Shown: positions 1-8,937 of the stretch, piece after piece
Layout of the letters: each line of letters starts with the position of its first letter
Position numbering within the stretch: the stretch's first letter is position 1
Assembly: GCA_034659135.1 (NCBI GenBank)
Contig: JAYEGP010000070.1
Coordinates: 1-53,713, forward strand
From: Campylobacterota bacterium
Lineage (GTDB): Bacteria > Campylobacterota > Campylobacteria > Campylobacterales > Sulfurimonadaceae
DNA: 53,713 bases
Direction: 5' to 3'
Program-made: the position numbers and the translations under genes
The notes under the pieces: generated by a model
Told to the model about the DNA's origin: nothing
The model's input: the letters and a program-made list of their open reading frames with translations, nothing else
The model's database searches: none

Positions 1-89
1 ATTCTCGATATCCTAGCTTCTTTTGAACTTTGAGCGGTTCTTGAAGTTAGAATATCTTATTACTCCCGTAATTATCAAATTTTGGGAGT

Positions 90-108
90 CCTCCGGCAGA
101 GCCGGAGG
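90..108. other. GC-rich perfect hairpin (stem CCTCCGGC / GCCGGAGG, loop AGA)
   Basis: Read directly: cctccggc-aga-gccggagg, followed by tttacc. It is strongly GC-rich in an AT-rich context. It sits just upstream of where PP2C homology begins (about nt 126). Confidence 0.5.
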
Positions 109-578
109 TTTACCTTAGGTTAAATTACTTTCAAGATTATTTTGCAATCTGGAATCCAAAAGATATTGTCGGTGGAGATATATACCTTTTTGAAGAACTA
201 AGAGATAAAGATGAATGTTTGCTACTTGTCATAGATTGTACAGGTCATGGAGTTCCGGGAGCATTTGTTACGATGTTAGTAAAAGCAATAGAGAGACAGA
301 TAACCTCAAAAATAAACTATAGTGATGATGATGTAAGCCCAGCAAAAATCCTTAGTATTTTTAACCAAAACATGAAACAACTTTTAAAACAAGAAAGTAT
401 AGATAGTATCTCAAACGCAGGTTTTGATGGTGGAGTGATTTACTATAACAAAAAAGATAAAATACTTAAATACGCAGGAGCAGAAACCCCTCTTTTTTAT
501 TTTGAAGATGATGAGCTAAAAATAATAAAAGGAAGTAGGTACTCTGTTGGTTATAGAAAGTGTGATATGGACTATGAG

Positions 579-824
579 TATAAAGAGCATACTATAGAAG
601 TAAAAGATGGGATGCAATTTTATCTTACGACAGATGGTTATTTAGACCAAAATGGTGGAGAGAAAGCTTTTCCATTTGGTAAAAAAAGATTTAAAAATGC
701 CATTTTAGAAAATCGCACTAAAACAATGGCTCAACAGAAAGAAATCTACCTAGAGACTCTTAAGAAGTATCAAGCAGATGAAGAGAGAAATGATGATGTT
801 ACTTTTATTGGGTTTAAGGTTTGA
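579..824 (+). repeat. Diverged direct repeat, copy A (3' end of PP2C gene)
   Basis: Aligns by eye with 2549..2797 at roughly 80-85 percent nucleotide identity with one 3-nt indel. Protein comparison: YKEHTIEVKDGMQFYLTTDGYLDQNGGEKAFPFGKKRF.. versus YKEHIIEVQEGMQFHCTTDGYLDQNGGEKSFPFGKKRF.. Confidence 0.85.
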
Positions 825-836
825 GTTAAAATACTA

Positions 837-881
837 TATATTTGTATTTAAACTCAATAATTTGCTATAATTACAAATATA
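837..881 (+). promoter_or_regulatory. Putative hipA-like promoter/operator: 10-bp inverted repeat TATATTTGTA (837-846) / TACAAATATA (872-881) bracketing a TATAAT box (866-871)
   Basis: The inverted repeat and the TATAAT hexamer were read directly. They lie 20-60 nt upstream of the TTG start at 901, which is preceded by AAGGGA. No experimental support. Confidence 0.35.
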
Positions 882-900
882 CGTAAGTTAAGGGAAATTC

Positions 901-2166
901 TTGAATACAAAAGTAAGCTTATATTTATTTGATAAACATATTGCAGATATCTACCAAGTAGAAGATAGAACTTATCTTCGTCAATTTAATTCTGCAGCTT
1001 TTTATGCAAGTCCAATTTCTATAGCAAAGGATATTACAGATATAGAAACTACATCTTTACTTTTTCAAGAAAGAGTAGCTGGTTTTGTAAGTGATTCACT
1101 TCCTGGTACATTTGGTAATGAAATTTTAAATGATTTTTTTGAGAAAAATAACAGTGGCGAGAAACCAACAATCATAGATAAACTCCTTTTCATAGGAAAT
1201 CGTGGACTTGGAGCATTAGAGTTTAGACCAGCTCATGCATTTGATGAAACATTAGAAAAAACACTTGCTTTAAAAGATATATATGAAGAGGCGAAAAAGC
1301 TAAGAAGAGGAGATAACTTCAAATCAATTCACACTGCTTTTTTAGTTTCTGCGCACTCTTTTGTTGGTGGTGCTAGAAGCAAAGCAGTAGTTGCTATAAA
1401 TCTTACTACAAGTGAGGTTTATCTAGGAGATAGAACAAAAGAGCCACCAGAAGGTTTTGTACCAGCTATTGTAAAATATGATGATACACAAAATGGTGAT
1501 GAAAACAAATCAACGTATTCTAAGTTGGAGTATATCTATTATTTACTAGCTAAAAAGTCAGGTATAAATATGATGGACTGTTATCTTTTAGAGTCAGATA
1601 ACAAACATCACTTTGTGACTAAAAGATTTGATACCCACAAGGGAAAAAAGTATCATGTTCACTCCTTAGCTGGACTTCTTCATGTAGATTATAATATTCC
1701 TAGAACAATCGGCTACGAAGAGCTTCTTCGCGTATCTATAAAGTTAGGAGCAGCAGAGAGTTTAAAGCAACTGTTTTTACAGATGCTTTTTAACTATATG
1801 TTCGTAAATCAAGACGATCATGCTCGTAACTTCTCTTTTATGTGTGATAGTGATTATAAATGGAGAGCTACACCTGCTTATGATATCACATTTGCCAAAG
1901 GTGTGAAGCAGACTAGAGAACATCAGTTGTCTCTTAATGGTAAAGCTCTTTCTCAAATCACTCTACAAGATGTAGTAAATCTAGCTACAGAATTTTCCAT
2001 AGAGTTGGAGTTTGTAAGTGATAGTATAATGAACATGAAAGCTCTTAGAGATAAAGAACTAGCAAAACTGATGCAAGAGTACCAGATATCTACACAAAAG
2101 CAAAAACAACTGCTAGAAGCTGTAGTGTCAAGAGACTTTCAAGGAGAACTAGATGGAGGGCAATAA
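901..2166 (+). CDS. hipA: HipA-like Ser/Thr kinase (type II toxin family)
   Basis: 421 aa. The N-terminal coupling region resembles HipA. The catalytic block is FVNQDDHARNFSF (D-x-H-x-x-N), followed by TPAYDI. TTG start with an AAGGGA SD. Confidence 0.8.
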   Translation: MNTKVSLYLFDKHIADIYQVEDRTYLRQFNSAAFYASPISIAKDITDIETTSLLFQERVAGFVSDSLPGTFGNEILNDFFEKNNSGEKPTIIDKLLFIGNRGLGALEFRPAHAFDETLEKTLALKDIYEEAKKLRRGDNFKSIHTAFLVSAHSFVGGARSKAVVAINLTTSEVYLGDRTKEPPEGFVPAIVKYDDTQNGDENKSTYSKLEYIYYLLAKKSGINMMDCYLLESDNKHHFVTKRFDTHKGKKYHVHSLAGLLHVDYNIPRTIGYEELLRVSIKLGAAESLKQLFLQMLFNYMFVNQDDHARNFSFMCDSDYKWRATPAYDITFAKGVKQTREHQLSLNGKALSQITLQDVVNLATEFSIELEFVSDSIMNMKALRDKELAKLMQEYQISTQKQKQLLEAVVSRDFQGELDGGQ

Positions 2167-2533
2167 GCTACTTTCAAAACTAAAGTCTTTTGAACAAGAG
2201 GCAAAAACCACGAAGAAGAAAAACATAAACAGTGATGCATCTTTTGCTACTCTAACAGATGAAGAGATCTCTTTAGTTTTAGCCCATCGTGCAAAGAAGC
2301 TTAGAGTAGAGAACAAGCTAAAGCAAAGTGAATTTAGTAAAGGTGCCAAGCTTTCATCTGCTACAACCTACTCTAACTTTGAGCAAACAGGAAAAGTTTC
2401 ACTGATTAACTTTATCAAAATAATAAGAAATTTTGGCAGAATCCAAGATTTGGAAAACTTACTAAAAAGCGATATATCTACAATTATTAACAATGCTCAA
2501 AATAGAATTAAACCTAAACAAAGAGTTCGATAG
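2153..2533 (+). CDS. XRE-family helix-turn-helix protein, putative HipB-like antitoxin encoded downstream of the kinase
   Basis: 126 aa. The segment LRVENKLKQSEFSKGAKLSSATTYSNFEQTGKVSL fits an XRE/Cro HTH. It overlaps the hipA-like stop by 14 nt. Confidence 0.55.
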   Translation: MEGNKLLSKLKSFEQEAKTTKKKNINSDASFATLTDEEISLVLAHRAKKLRVENKLKQSEFSKGAKLSSATTYSNFEQTGKVSLINFIKIIRNFGRIQDLENLLKSDISTIINNAQNRIKPKQRVR

Positions 2534-2536
2534 GGG

Positions 2537-2797
2537 TTGACATTTTTATATAAAGAACATATCATAGAAGTACAAGAAGGGATGCAGTTTCATTGTACAA
2601 CAGATGGTTATTTAGATCAAAATGGTGGAGAAAAATCTTTTCCATTTGGTAAAAAAAGATTTAATAAAAATGTCATTTTAGAAAATTACACTAAGACAAT
2701 GACTCAACAAAAAGAAATCTACCTAGATACTCTTCACAAGTATCAAGCAGATGAAGAGAGAAATGATGATGCTACTTTTGTTGGGTTTAAAATTTAA
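2537..2797 (+). pseudogene. 3' fragment (last ~85 codons) of a PP2C/SpoIIE phosphatase gene, contiguous with the SiaB/SiaC-like genes
   Basis: The 86-aa ORF matches only the C-terminal third of the 72..824 product. It lacks the metal-binding N-terminal blocks. It lies 15 nt upstream of the SiaB-like gene, as a real siaA 3' end would. Confidence 0.7.
2549..2797 (+). repeat. Diverged direct repeat, copy B (3' end of PP2C gene)
   Basis: Partner of 579..824. Homology starts abruptly at TATAAAGAACAT. The sequence upstream of that point is unrelated to copy A. Confidence 0.85.
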
Positions 2798-2812
2798 AAA
2801 AGGAGTGAGTAA

Positions 2813-3352
2813 ATGAATATTAATGAAGTCCAAAAAATGGTAGATGATGATGGAATCATATTTTTAAGCTACGGAGGTCATATATCCCAAGCACTTATCT
2901 CCGCTATGACAGAAGCTCTTGAGAAAGAAGCTGAGGAAAATGGAGTCTCTATGGGATCCTCAAATAATATGTTCACTATATTTATAGAACTTTCTCAAAA
3001 TATGATGAACTATTCAAAATCCTTAAAAAGTCAAGAGAATGCCACACAAGGTCTCATAATAGTTTCTAAAGATGTGGATTCTAATTACCACATACATAGC
3101 CAAAACATTGTCTCATTGGCAGATAAAGAAAAAATAGAACCAAAGCTTTTAGAGGTACAATCACTTGACAAAGATGGCCTAAAAAAACGCTACAGAGAAC
3201 TTCGTAAAAGTGGTCAAAATACGCATGGTAAAGGTGGAGGAATTGGATTTTATGAGATTGCAAAAAGATGTGATTCTATAGAATATGATTTTACAGAGAT
3301 ACAAGAAGATAGATACTATTTTCATATCAAAACTAATATAATTACAAAATAA
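2813..3352 (+). CDS. SiaB-like / RsbW-like GHKL Ser/Thr protein kinase (partner-switch kinase)
   Basis: 179 aa. N-box-like IELSQNMMNYS and G-box-like HGKGGGIGFYEIAKR. It is encoded immediately upstream of a DUF1987 gene, as in siaB-siaC. Confidence 0.65.
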   Translation: MNINEVQKMVDDDGIIFLSYGGHISQALISAMTEALEKEAEENGVSMGSSNNMFTIFIELSQNMMNYSKSLKSQENATQGLIIVSKDVDSNYHIHSQNIVSLADKEKIEPKLLEVQSLDKDGLKKRYRELRKSGQNTHGKGGGIGFYEIAKRCDSIEYDFTEIQEDRYYFHIKTNIITK

Positions 3353-3364
3353 AGGAAAACAATA

Positions 3365-3739
3365 ATGGAAAACTTAACACTTGAAGCAACAAAATACACA
3401 CCCCAAATCAACCTAGACACAAATGGAACAATATCGTTGGTAGGAAAATCATACCCTGAAAATACATTTGAATTTTACGCACCAATGATGGCATGGTTAG
3501 AAAACTATTTTGATGGGAATGCTGCTGAAACAACCACGATTAATGTAGAAATCATTTACTTTAATTCAAGCAGTTCAAAACTATTTTTTGACTTCTTTGA
3601 TTTGCTTGAAGAAAATTCAGAAGAAAACACTATAAAAATAAACTGGATTTATGATGAAGAGAATGAGAGTGCAGAGGAAGCTGGTGAAGACTTTATAGAA
3701 GATTTTGAAGACTTAGCCATTAAGCTTGTGATAAAGTAG
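3365..3739 (+). CDS. SiaC-like DUF1987 regulatory phosphoprotein
   Basis: 124 aa. Motifs YTPQINLD..G.ISLVGKSYPENTFEFY and IIYFNSSSSKLFFDFF are typical of DUF1987/SiaC. Confidence 0.75.
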   Translation: MENLTLEATKYTPQINLDTNGTISLVGKSYPENTFEFYAPMMAWLENYFDGNAAETTTINVEIIYFNSSSSKLFFDFFDLLEENSEENTIKINWIYDEENESAEEAGEDFIEDFEDLAIKLVIK

Positions 3740-3762
3740 GATAGTTTTATGGATATAGGTAG

Positions 3763-4713
3763 ATGATAGAAAATCATAAGTCAAGCTTTGAGCCAGGATT
3801 AATTGTTAATCAAGAGTTCTTTGACTATCCGGCGATGCAAGAGAGTGCAAAGAACTGGCTTTTTCTCTCAAGATATCGGTTTGGAACAGGAAATTTTTAT
3901 GGTCGACACGATGGCATACAACTCCACAATATGCAGTTTGGTCATGCAGACAGACATGAAGGGATGATGTTTCAAGGTGTTTCACCGAAAGACTGTTTTA
4001 GTATTGTTCTTTTACAAGAAAGTAGTGGTAAGGTCTGTATCAACGGACTTAAAATGAAAGTCGGAGATATCATTATCATAGATGATTTAAAACCCTATGA
4101 CTTTAGCTCGAGCGATCAAACAGTCATGGCAATTATAAGTATTAAAAAATCACTTTTTCTTGAGAATTTTCCTCCGATGTATCCCCAAGATAAAAAATTC
4201 AAAGACACAAAAAATCTCCTCTCTAAGGTCATTGAAGATGCGTGGCAAGATGTTTTGGACAACCCTAATCAATATCAAAATAAGGAGAAGGTCCAATTAT
4301 TAGAGAAAAAAATTGTAGATGCAATTAAATGTGCATTTAAAGGACAAACAGGTGAAGGATCACATCTCACTGAAGGTGAGCAGACAGCTCTTCAAATCAA
4401 ATCTGTTTTACTCAAATCTTTAGTTGAAAATATCACCATAGAAAGTCTAGTCAAACAATTTGGAGTATCTTATAAAACACTCCAAAATAGCTTCAAATCT
4501 CTTTTTGGGATGACACCAAAACACTTTCTAACTCTTCTTAAACTTAATCATGCTCATGAGGATTTGGAGTTTTCAGAATTAGGAACGACAACGATCTCAG
4601 AAATAGCAAATAAATGGGGATTTTCACACCTTGGAAGGTTTTCTCAAAAGTATAAAGAGCTCTTTGGCGTGTTGCCCTCAGAAACATTACATAAGAATCA
4701 CTCATGTTTATAA
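3763..4713 (+). CDS. AraC-family transcriptional regulator
   Basis: 316 aa. C-terminal double HTH (..SLVKQFGVSYKTLQNSFKSLFGMTPKHFL.. and ..ISEIANKWGFSHLGRFSQKYKELFGVLPSE). Confidence 0.8.
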   Translation: MIENHKSSFEPGLIVNQEFFDYPAMQESAKNWLFLSRYRFGTGNFYGRHDGIQLHNMQFGHADRHEGMMFQGVSPKDCFSIVLLQESSGKVCINGLKMKVGDIIIIDDLKPYDFSSSDQTVMAIISIKKSLFLENFPPMYPQDKKFKDTKNLLSKVIEDAWQDVLDNPNQYQNKEKVQLLEKKIVDAIKCAFKGQTGEGSHLTEGEQTALQIKSVLLKSLVENITIESLVKQFGVSYKTLQNSFKSLFGMTPKHFLTLLKLNHAHEDLEFSELGTTTISEIANKWGFSHLGRFSQKYKELFGVLPSETLHKNHSCL

Positions 4714-4725
4714 ATGAAGAGTGGC

Positions 4726-5559
4726 CTACATGTAAGATTTCATCTCTTCTAAACGTGCGATACGGTCTTGCGTACTCGGATGGGTACGAAAGAGCGATTG
4801 AAAATTCACCTCGTGCCCACTGAAAGGGTTAACTATAAACATATGCGCCGTTTGTGGCGAAGCGTTGTGAATCTCACCACGACGAGCATGACTCTCTAGT
4901 TTTGAGAGTGCGCTTTGAAGCCACTCTGGATGACCCGTTAACTTAGCCGCACCTTCATCCGCCATATACTCACGATTACGGCTAACTGCCATCTGAATGA
5001 CACTAGCAGCCATAGGCATAAGAATCATTAAGACCAAAGTCACAATAATGTTTTGACGGTTATTAGAATTAAAAAACATCCCAAACTGTGCGAGTAGCGC
5101 AATAGCACCTGCGAGTGTTGCTGCAATCGTGCCGATAAGAATATCGTAATGTTTAACATGGCTCATCTCATGCGCCATCACCGCTTCGACCTCTTCAAGA
5201 GTCAATAGATCAAGCAATCCTTCAGTAATAGCAACAGCAGCATTGTCGGGATTACGTCCCGTGGCAAAAGCGTTGGGCATTGGATCGGGTATGATATAGA
5301 CACTTGGCATCGGTGTTTCTGCGCGATGGGCAATACGCTCAACAATTTCAAAAAGTCCATGAGCTTGGTCGGGACCCACTTCAATGGCATTATAACGTTT
5401 GAGCACCATTTTGTCTGAATTAAAATAACTAAAAAAGTTCATACCCAAAGCAACAACAAAGGCAATCAGCATTCCTGTCTGACCTCCAAGCATCCCTCCA
5501 ACAAAGATCATAAGAAGTGTCATCGCCGTTAAAAGAAAAACGGTTTTAAAAATTTCCAT
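4726..5559 (-). CDS. htpX: Zinc metalloprotease HtpX (M48)
   Basis: 277 aa. It has TM segments, the HEMSHV zinc motif and the [10 protein letters not shown] block. Confidence 0.9.
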   Translation of the reverse strand: MEIFKTVFLLTAMTLLMIFVGGMLGGQTGMLIAFVVALGMNFFSYFNSDKMVLKRYNAIEVGPDQAHGLFEIVERIAHRAETPMPSVYIIPDPMPNAFATGRNPDNAAVAITEGLLDLLTLEEVEAVMAHEMSHVKHYDILIGTIAATLAGAIALLAQFGMFFNSNNRQNIIVTLVLMILMPMAASVIQMAVSRNREYMADEGAAKLTGHPEWLQSALSKLESHARRGEIHNASPQTAHMFIVNPFSGHEVNFQSLFRTHPSTQDRIARLEEMKSYM

Positions 5560-5584
5560 AAGTGTTCCTTTTTTTTGAAAGAGA

Positions 5585-6373
5585 CTATCTACCTGTTTTT
5601 AGAGTTCTAAGTGCCTCTTCTACATTATCTTGACGCATCAAAGATTCGCCAACCAAGAAAGCATCCACACCCGCTTTATTGAGATCTTCAAGCTGTCCAT
5701 GCTCATAAATACCACTCTCAGCAACAATAATCTTTCCATTAGGAATCAAAGGAATAAGATCATAACAGAGGTTCATATTCATCTCAAAAGTCTGAAGGTT
5801 ACGATGATTAATACCGATAATATCTGCACCGGCGTAAATCGCTTTAGTCAGATCAGTTTTATCATGAACTTCTACTAAGACTTCAAGTCCAAGATGCCTA
5901 GCATAGGCTAAGAGCTCTTTAAGTTCACTACGAGAAAGCGCCGCAGCAATAAGAAGAATGAAATCTGCACCAAAAACCAAAGATTCAAGAATTTGATATT
6001 TTGAGACGATAAAATCTTTTCGTAAGAGTGGAATACCCACATAACGTCGAATACCGGCAAGGTACTCCAAATTACCTTGAAAAAAGTGAGGCTCAGTTAA
6101 AACAGATATCGCATTTGCACCACCACGCTCATACCCCTGCGCTATAGCAAGAGGATCAAAATCTTCACGTATAACACCCTTAGAAGGACTCGCTTTTTTC
6201 ACTTCACTGATTATGCGATAAGGCTGTTCTGGTGTTGAGCGTAAAAAACCACTCACTTCACGCGGCTGTCGTGCATTAAAAGCTAATGAACGGCCTAACC
6301 AATCCATAGTAAACTCTTTTTCTCTAATCGCTAAATCTTCTTTTGTCTTTTTGATGATATCATCTAGTATCAC
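5585..6373 (-). CDS. trpC: Indole-3-glycerol phosphate synthase
   Basis: 262 aa. Motifs [19 protein letters not shown] and IGINHRNL are typical of TrpC. Confidence 0.9.
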   Translation of the reverse strand: MILDDIIKKTKEDLAIREKEFTMDWLGRSLAFNARQPREVSGFLRSTPEQPYRIISEVKKASPSKGVIREDFDPLAIAQGYERGGANAISVLTEPHFFQGNLEYLAGIRRYVGIPLLRKDFIVSKYQILESLVFGADFILLIAAALSRSELKELLAYARHLGLEVLVEVHDKTDLTKAIYAGADIIGINHRNLQTFEMNMNLCYDLIPLIPNGKIIVAESGIYEHGQLEDLNKAGVDAFLVGESLMRQDNVEEALRTLKTGR

Positions 6374-6387
6374 TTAGGTATCCTTTA

Positions 6388-7659
6388 TCAATTTTTCAAA
6401 CACTCATTGATCGCGTCTATATGCATCTTGACCTCTTCATCATCACCGCCAATCTTATCCGTAACCTGCTTCATAATCTCAAGAGCTTCATCACAACGAT
6501 TTTGATGATAATAACCCCAAGCAAGAGAGTCGAGATAAAAAGCAGATGCCGGCTCAATCTCTAGTGCACGATTGACATACTTTATCCCCTCTGCAACATC
6601 AAGTTGATGATCAATCATTAGGTATCCGAGATAATTTAGCAGAAGCGGTGTCGGTTTTTCACGGATAACTTTTTTAAGCGTATGCATCACATTCTCTAGC
6701 ATCACTTTATCGTTTTTATCTTTGGCACTTTCATAAGAAAAAATAGCACTCTGTCCTAAATAACCAAGCTCACCCTCTTCTTCATACAGCTCTTTGGCAA
6801 GTTTTGCTGCTTTTTCATAATATCCCTTCTCGATATAAAGTTGTAATAATAGGGGATCACGCATGCGACTTTTTTCTAAAAATAGAAGCAGTTGTGGCAT
6901 ATTTTTTTGGTAAGAGTAAATTCGTACAATGGCTTCGCCTACCTCATCATTAGGCTCGCTTTCATACAGGCGTAAATAGGTCGATAACATTCCATCAAGA
7001 TTATTATCTTGCGAATAGAAACTCGCTAGTCTCATACATACTTTTTGTGAACAAGAGTGAAGTCTACTGTGCGACTCAAGCTGCGCAATCGCATCAGCTT
7101 TACGATCAAGATTCACATACAAAACAACTGCCATCTGATCTAAAATCGCTTCATCATAATTAATAGTATAAGCACGTTCAAGATATTTTATAGCGGTGTC
7201 GTAACGCTTCTCTTTTACGTAGATTTCACTGACTAAAAGATAATCTTCAGCCACTTTACTCTCTTCAACTAAGGCAAGTGCCTTAACCTTACCCTCATCA
7301 TATCGACTCGCCGCAATGAGTGCCAAAACCTCAAAACGTCTCACTTTAAAATCATTCGCTTCATTTTCAATATAATAAGCAGACTGCTTTAATAAAGTAT
7401 CATAATCTCCTGCAAGAGAGTAGTTTGTAAGTTCTCTATATTTGTACTCATCCTTACCTGAATTCCGGTATAACATCTCATACAGACCTGCAGCAGCCTC
7501 ATACTCTTCTCTCTCTTGGGCATAAAGCGCATAGAGAATATAAGTATCTTCTTGCTCAAAAGCTTTTTTATGACTCTGTTTGTTAAAATCGACATCGTAA
7601 TGGGTGCTACAACCTATAATAAACAGTAGCGATAATGAGAGAAAAAAGCTTTTAATCAT
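6388..7659 (-). CDS. TPR-repeat lipoprotein
   Basis: 423 aa. Lipobox LFIIGC at the N-terminus. Repeated A..Y......Y..A TPR-like periodicity. Confidence 0.65.
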   Translation of the reverse strand: MIKSFFLSLSLLFIIGCSTHYDVDFNKQSHKKAFEQEDTYILYALYAQEREEYEAAAGLYEMLYRNSGKDEYKYRELTNYSLAGDYDTLLKQSAYYIENEANDFKVRRFEVLALIAASRYDEGKVKALALVEESKVAEDYLLVSEIYVKEKRYDTAIKYLERAYTINYDEAILDQMAVVLYVNLDRKADAIAQLESHSRLHSCSQKVCMRLASFYSQDNNLDGMLSTYLRLYESEPNDEVGEAIVRIYSYQKNMPQLLLFLEKSRMRDPLLLQLYIEKGYYEKAAKLAKELYEEEGELGYLGQSAIFSYESAKDKNDKVMLENVMHTLKKVIREKPTPLLLNYLGYLMIDHQLDVAEGIKYVNRALEIEPASAFYLDSLAWGYYHQNRCDEALEIMKQVTDKIGGDDEEVKMHIDAINECLKN

Positions 7660-8032
7660 CTAATATTCCTGGACACTCACGTTTGAGCTCTTCAACACGG
7701 TTTTTGTAATAATCCCAAAAAGGAAAGGTGCGACACTGCATGGGACGTGCTTCATAAATACGGCATCCCCCATTTTCACGTTCAAAAAAAATACAGTCAT
7801 AAGAATCACCTACTTTTTTCTCTTGAAGTGAAAACTTATACGCTTTCTTGATGAGATACTCTTTATAAAATTGTGCCACATCAATGTTCAATACCTGAAT
7901 GATCTTTTCAATCTCAGATGGTGTTACAAAAATATTACCACTTTCACCTATGCAGCAACGACCGCCACAAGGTTCACATGCAGCTAAATCAAACGCATAG
8001 GGAAAATCATCTTTACGTATTATTGAAGACAT
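7652..8032 (-). CDS. YkgJ-family (UPF0153) Cys-cluster protein
   Basis: 126 aa. CEPCGGRCC motif near the N-terminus and CRIYEARPMQCRTFPFW at the C-terminus. Confidence 0.7.
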   Translation of the reverse strand: MSSIIRKDDFPYAFDLAACEPCGGRCCIGESGNIFVTPSEIEKIIQVLNIDVAQFYKEYLIKKAYKFSLQEKKVGDSYDCIFFERENGGCRIYEARPMQCRTFPFWDYYKNRVEELKRECPGILDD

Positions 8033-8092
8033 TCTTGACTTAATTTTTTAAATTTATGTGATTATACCGTGTCTCTCTTATCTAAGCGTAAA

Positions 8093-8551
8093 TCAACTTT
8101 TTAATAGCATCTCATACTCTTGCAAGATCTCTTCGTATAAAAGCTTTTCATCGACACTTTTCAGATCCAAAATATGGATATAGAGAAAATTTTCACGAAG
8201 CTCTAGGGTGATGGTACCTGGGGTTAAGGTGATAGCATTGGCAAGAAGCAATTGGTCATATTCATTATCCGAAGTCATCTTCAGCTTGATGATGCCAGGG
8301 TTGATAGGAAGTTTTGGGTTAAGGACGATCTTAGCCACTTCGATGTTGGAGAGGATGAGGTTTTTTAAAAAAAGTGGCGTGAAACGTAGATATTTAAATA
8401 GAAGATGTTTTAAATCAATATCACTCTTATCACTAAAGAAGTAAACGATAAAAACACTAACAACAGCTCCGACAATAAGTTCTTGATAATGTAAAGAGTT
8501 GCTCAAACCGATCCAGACGATAAAGAGTAATAGCGCTTTAGCCAACATCAT
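8093..8551 (-). CDS. MnhE/MrpE-like subunit (MbxA-like) of the membrane complex
   Basis: 152 aa. Two N-terminal TM helices and an ..ITLTPGTITLEL.. block typical of MrpE. It overlaps the upstream ferredoxin gene by 4 nt. Confidence 0.65.
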   Translation of the reverse strand: MMLAKALLLFIVWIGLSNSLHYQELIVGAVVSVFIVYFFSDKSDIDLKHLLFKYLRFTPLFLKNLILSNIEVAKIVLNPKLPINPGIIKLKMTSDNEYDQLLLANAITLTPGTITLELRENFLYIHILDLKSVDEKLLYEEILQEYEMLLKS

Positions 8552-8937
8552 TTATCCTTTGGTAAAAACAGAAAATTATTGCTCTGGCTGTCAGCCCAGA
8601 TACATTCGCTTTCAAGCTTGAGTGAATCAGGGGGGCAGACATCGGTACAGAGACTGCACCAGCAACAGCGGCCATAATCGATTCGTGGAATACAGCCGCT
8701 ATTATTTTTAGAGTTGCGATCGACATCAATGGGAATCATATCAATCGCTTCATTCATACAGACATCCTGACAGTTTGCACAGCCGATACAATCCTCAAGT
8801 AAATTGGTGTGAAAGCCTCGATAGCCCTCAACCTCCTCTTTTTTCTCTTGGGGATAGCAGAGGGTATCGGGATGCTCAAGTACTTTTTTAACAGCAAAAA
8901 AAGGTCCCAGTGTTCCTTTAATATCAAATTTCATCAT
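8548..8937 (-). CDS. 2x[4Fe-4S] ferredoxin subunit, NuoI/MbxN-like
   Basis: 129 aa with two CxxCxxCxxxC motifs: CIGCANCQDVC and CCWCSLCTDVCP. Confidence 0.8.
   Translation of the reverse strand: MMKFDIKGTLGPFFAVKKVLEHPDTLCYPQEKKEEVEGYRGFHTNLLEDCIGCANCQDVCMNEAIDMIPIDVDRNSKNNSGCIPRIDYGRCCWCSLCTDVCPPDSLKLESECIWADSQSNNFLFLPKDK

Larger units (their letters stand above)
72..824 (+). pseudogene. 5'-truncated PP2C/SpoIIE-family Ser/Thr phosphatase domain (SiaA/RsbU-like), probable remnant
   Basis: The ORF track entry 219..824 starts at TTG, but the frame is open back to TAA at 69-71. The in-frame upstream residues (..YFAIWNPKDIVGGDIYLFEEL..) together with LLVIDCTGHGVPGAFVTM, TDGYLDQ and NDDVTFIGF are conserved blocks of SpoIIE-type PP2C domains. 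There is no ATG and no sensor region upstream, and all three forward frames are closed within nt 1-71. Confidence 0.6.

Noticed and set aside
90-125. Integron attC-like site (GTTAAAT at 119-125 fits GTTRRRY, next to the hairpin)
   Set aside because: No matching inverse core (RYYYAAC) occurs upstream. There is no integron integrase and no cassette array, so a single 7-mer match is expected by chance.
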